A stretch of DNA of 64,000 nucleotides. Origin: Limnothrix sp. BL-A-16 (GTDB lineage: Bacteria; Cyanobacteriota; Cyanobacteriia; CACIAM-69d). The position numbers and the translations under genes are program-made. This document shows positions 61,068 to 64,000 of this stretch, piece by piece. The stretch lies in the NCBI GenBank assembly GCA_041937175.2, contig CP166615.1:2656001-2720000 (forward strand), written 5' to 3'. The notes under the pieces are model-generated. The model did not search any database. It was not told the DNA's origin and worked only from the letters and a program-made list of their open reading frames with translations. Positions within the stretch are counted from its first letter, which is position 1; each line of letters starts with the position of its first letter.

Positions 61068-62222
61068 TCAACGCCGCTGCCATGCTGCCAAAGCAGCCGT
61101 TACCACCGGAGCCAACCAATCGGGCAACTGAGGATAAATGCGCTCCCAAACTGAGCGATCGACCGCTGGAATTGGATAGGCCATGGCCACCAATGCTGTT
61201 CGGATCGCTGATTCGGGTTCCGGCAGACCACTGCAATATTCCACAAAATCTTGTAAAAATTCCCAATCCGAAGGCAGAATTGGCCGCTTGGAAAAATGAC
61301 TAGCAATCAGCCGCTGATAGAGTTGGCCTTTACGGGTATGCCAGGCCGTTTCCAACTCCGTTGCTGGAGTCTCGTACCACTGTTGGGAATATTGAGCACG
61401 GGCATTGCTCAGTTCTGCCAAAGCTCCCCGATGTTCAGGCGATCGCTCGTAAAGATCCAAGCAGCTATCCACCCAGTTCAACCAAAACTCATCCCATTCT
61501 GGCAACCCCGGTTCTCCCAGTTCGCGCGGCGGGAATGAGGGAGCGATCGCCCCGGCGGCCGTCCGTTTGCGAAGGAACCCATTCAGGCACCAGGTCATAT
61601 TCCGTTCGTAGAAGTCACAGAAATAGGTGTCAATGTCGTATTCATCCCCACAAACCATCAGAAATTCTTCCAAGGCCTGCAACGGTTTCCCGGCACTGAG
61701 ACTATCTTCCACAATCACATAATCGCCCTGCTCAAGCCAGCAATGGAAAAACTCCAACACCGCAATGGTCGTTCCGTAGGAGTGATCCGCATCCTCAATC
61801 ACCAACCAAGGGCGCGGTAGGCTGGCCAACCAGTCCGGCGAAAGGGTTTGCCCCAAGTCTCGGCCATCCCCTGCCAAAAAGGTCACCCTTGGATGGCTCA
61901 CATCGGTCACGGGGTTGATGTCGATCGAGTAGATCTGCCCGTCAATTCCAAAATTATTCAGGTGATCTCCCAACCAGAGGGCACTTCCCCCGGCGAAGGA
62001 ACCAATTTCAAAAATAGTGCGCGGCTTTAGCTCCCAGAGCAGCAGGGAATAGAGTGCCCAGTCAAAGGGATTTTTGATTGTCTGAATGCCCCGATAGCTG
62101 TAGTTGCGAGCGGCCATCTCGATCGCCACAGCGTCGCTACCGGTCAAAAAGGAGGTTTGGATGGGGCGCACTGAATCCCAGGGGCGATCGCGCCAGTGGC
62201 AAAACCGGCTCGCATCATTCAT
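61068..62222 (-). CDS. CmcI-like SAM-dependent O-methyltransferase with C-terminal helical module
   Basis: YRGIQTIKNPFD, LKPRTIFEIGSFAGGSALW, VIEDADHSY, GDYVIVED, NGFLR. The frame is open upstream to 62375. Confidence 0.82.
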   Translation of the reverse strand: MNDASRFCHWRDRPWDSVRPIQTSFLTGSDAVAIEMAARNYSYRGIQTIKNPFDWALYSLLLWELKPRTIFEIGSFAGGSALWLGDHLNNFGIDGQIYSIDINPVTDVSHPRVTFLAGDGRDLGQTLSPDWLASLPRPWLVIEDADHSYGTTIAVLEFFHCWLEQGDYVIVEDSLSAGKPLQALEEFLMVCGDEYDIDTYFCDFYERNMTWCLNGFLRKRTAAGAIAPSFPPRELGEPGLPEWDEFWLNWVDSCLDLYERSPEHRGALAELSNARAQYSQQWYETPATELETAWHTRKGQLYQRLIASHFSKRPILPSDWEFLQDFVEYCSGLPEPESAIRTALVAMAYPIPAVDRSVWERIYPQLPDWLAPVVTAALAAWQRR

Positions 62223-62344
62223 TAGCCCAGAATTTGGGTCTGAGGCTGACGGTGTAGCAGGCTCTGCCCGATCGCCGGCCCCCGATTCGGAGCCAGCAAC
62301 CTTCGTTAATTCAGGTAATTGAGGACTACCAGCCTCACCGTTCC

Positions 62345-64000
62345 CTAGGAAGTCATTTTTTTTTGAGCCTCTGACTCAAATACCGCCGCATACAGCGGGA
62401 ACAGCCAACCGGGCAAACGGGTTGCCGCGTCCTTCACCTGCATTTGTCCCGGCGCGTAGTACATCATTACGCCCAAGAACGCATTCAAACTACCGGGTTG
62501 ATCGAAACCACGCGCTACCGTCTCCGCCAGCTTCACCAACAGTTCCCGCTCCCCATCCGTCAACGGCTCCCGTTGGAATCCTGATTTCAGATACATGCCA
62601 TAACGGCGGCCCAGTTCACTATTGAACGCAGCCTCCAGTTGAGACGTGGGAACCGTCAGCCAAAACTCCGCCACCCGTTGACGCAATTGGCGCAATTCCG
62701 CCACCGTTTCCCCATCTTCCGGGTCAATTTCGTAGAGATTGGAGCAACCCAAGAAGCGGTTCAGAAACACCATGTCCTCGGCTAAATTGGGAGGCTGGCT
62801 CACGGAGGGTGGAGCAGCAGCCGGTGCAGCCATGGGGACAGTTGGTTGCGGTGACGGCACTAAGGGAGCAGATGTCGCTTGGCCCGCTTCAAAAATTCGC
62901 TGATAGTCCGGTAGCAACCAAGCCGGTAAACGATTGGCTGCATCCCGTACCTGCATTTTGCCCGGCGGCAGATACATCATGATGGCCAACAGCGCATTCA
63001 GCCCCGGGTAGCGATCGATTCCCTGACTGATCAGCCCCGTCAACTCCTGCACAACGGATTCCTCTTCGGGGCGCAGGGGATAGTTTTGATAGCCACTGTC
63101 AAGCAATGCCAAGTAGCGGCGGCCAAACTCACTCCTATAGAGGGATTCCAGCTCCTCGAAAGGGGTCTGGGCCCAAATTTGCCCCACCTGTTGACGAATT
63201 AATCGCAGCTCTTCCGCGATCGAGGTTTCTTCGGGGTCGATGTAGTAGAGATTGGCACAACCTAACAACCGATTCAGGAAGGTCATGTCCTGATGCAGCG
63301 GCACGGTTGCTGAGGTTGGCGGGGCAGTTGGTGACGGGGTTGCGACTGGCTGGGGTGGGGCGATCGGCTGTGGCGCATGGGCCGTTCCCGAAGACCCATG
63401 GTGTTCAAAGACCGATCGATAGTCCGACAGCAACCAAGCCGGAAGCTTTGCTTGGGCCTGGTCAACCTTCATCTTGCCAGCGGGGAGATACAGCATCACT
63501 CCCAAAAATGCCTGCAATCCAACCGGATGCTGGACGGTATGCTGACTCACTTGATTAGTGAGAGATTGAAGGTAGTTGGCTTCTTCATCCGTGAGGGGTT
63601 GGGATTGGAAGCCGCTGTGCAGTAAAGCACGATAGGCCTGGCCCACAGAGCCTTGATACAGGGCTGAGAGTTGCTCCGCTGGCGCAGCCTTCCAGAACTC
63701 AGCAGTCTGGCGGCGCAGTTCCCGCAGGAGGTTAATCGTGCTTTGATCGTTGGGGTCGAGACCGTAGACCCGTACAACGTTCGTGAGGCGATCGCACAGC
63801 CACTGGGTGTAGGGATCGGTGGCAGGGGAGGTGGGAATGGAAAGGGCCATAGGGCTGCTGAGTTCGGCTTTTCGGCGCAATAGCTCCTCGAATTTTAGTT
63901 CGAGTTGGTCAATCGATCGCTCAATGTCAAATTTGGCAAAGGCTGCTGCTTGTCCCGTGGCGGCCAAGCGTGCCCAACGTTCCGGATCCTGCGGCAAACT
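62345..64000 (-). CDS. 3' part of a probable GT4-type glycosyltransferase ending in three tandem ~130-aa helical modules (start beyond the window)
   Basis: Frame open to the window edge; first ~40 aa (DPERWARLAATGQAAAFAKFDIERSIDQLE) resemble the last helices of a GT-B/GT4 domain; three internal repeats separated by P/A/T linkers. Confidence 0.75.
   Translation of the reverse strand, partial: SLPQDPERWARLAATGQAAAFAKFDIERSIDQLELKFEELLRRKAELSSPMALSIPTSPATDPYTQWLCDRLTNVVRVYGLDPNDQSTINLLRELRRQTAEFWKAAPAEQLSALYQGSVGQAYRALLHSGFQSQPLTDEEANYLQSLTNQVSQHTVQHPVGLQAFLGVMLYLPAGKMKVDQAQAKLPAWLLSDYRSVFEHHGSSGTAHAPQPIAPPQPVATPSPTAPPTSATVPLHQDMTFLNRLLGCANLYYIDPEETSIAEELRLIRQQVGQIWAQTPFEELESLYRSEFGRRYLALLDSGYQNYPLRPEEESVVQELTGLISQGIDRYPGLNALLAIMMYLPPGKMQVRDAANRLPAWLLPDYQRIFEAGQATSAPLVPSPQPTVPMAAPAAAPPSVSQPPNLAEDMVFLNRFLGCSNLYEIDPEDGETVAELRQLRQRVAEFWLTVPTSQLEAAFNSELGRRYGMYLKSGFQREPLTDGERELLVKLAETVARGFDQPGSLNAFLGVMMYYAPGQMQVKDAATRLPGWLFPLYAAVFESEAQKKMTS

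Overview
Cyanobacterial chromosome segment: HIP1 (GCGATCGC) is very dense, and sigC, a PucC/BCD transporter and DUF3352 are present. (1) Between ahcY (partial, left edge) and miaB lies a ~19 kb accessory-looking block. It holds a cobalamin (corrin) biosynthesis and cobalt uptake cluster (cbiD, cobK, cobL, cobG-cobH-cobI-cbiG/cobJ, cbiMNQO) with two cobalamin riboswitches, plus rocD, all bracketed by two ~306-bp direct repeats. A solute-binding protein / hybrid kinase / receiver-kinase operon follows. (2) The middle is mostly housekeeping genes (miaB, rnc, ddl, panB, sppA, sigC, PGM/PMM, rdgB, mazG, gshB), sensor kinases, an RTX protein, one IS5-family element, MITEs, REP hairpins and tandem repeats. 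(3) The right end is a glycosylation locus: a 1867-aa protein with four GT2-type domains plus a GT41 domain, a TPR-GT61 protein, a CmcI-like methyltransferase and a partial GT4-type protein. Two observations stand out. A ~130-aa helical module recurs five times across three of these proteins. An A9 run just before the stop of the GT4-type gene has a -1 frame that stays open through a linker-like stretch into the CmcI gene, suggesting a recoded fusion protein (or a homopolymer sequencing error). No CRISPR array, tRNA or rRNA was recognised. All family calls come from motif recognition by eye, not database searches.
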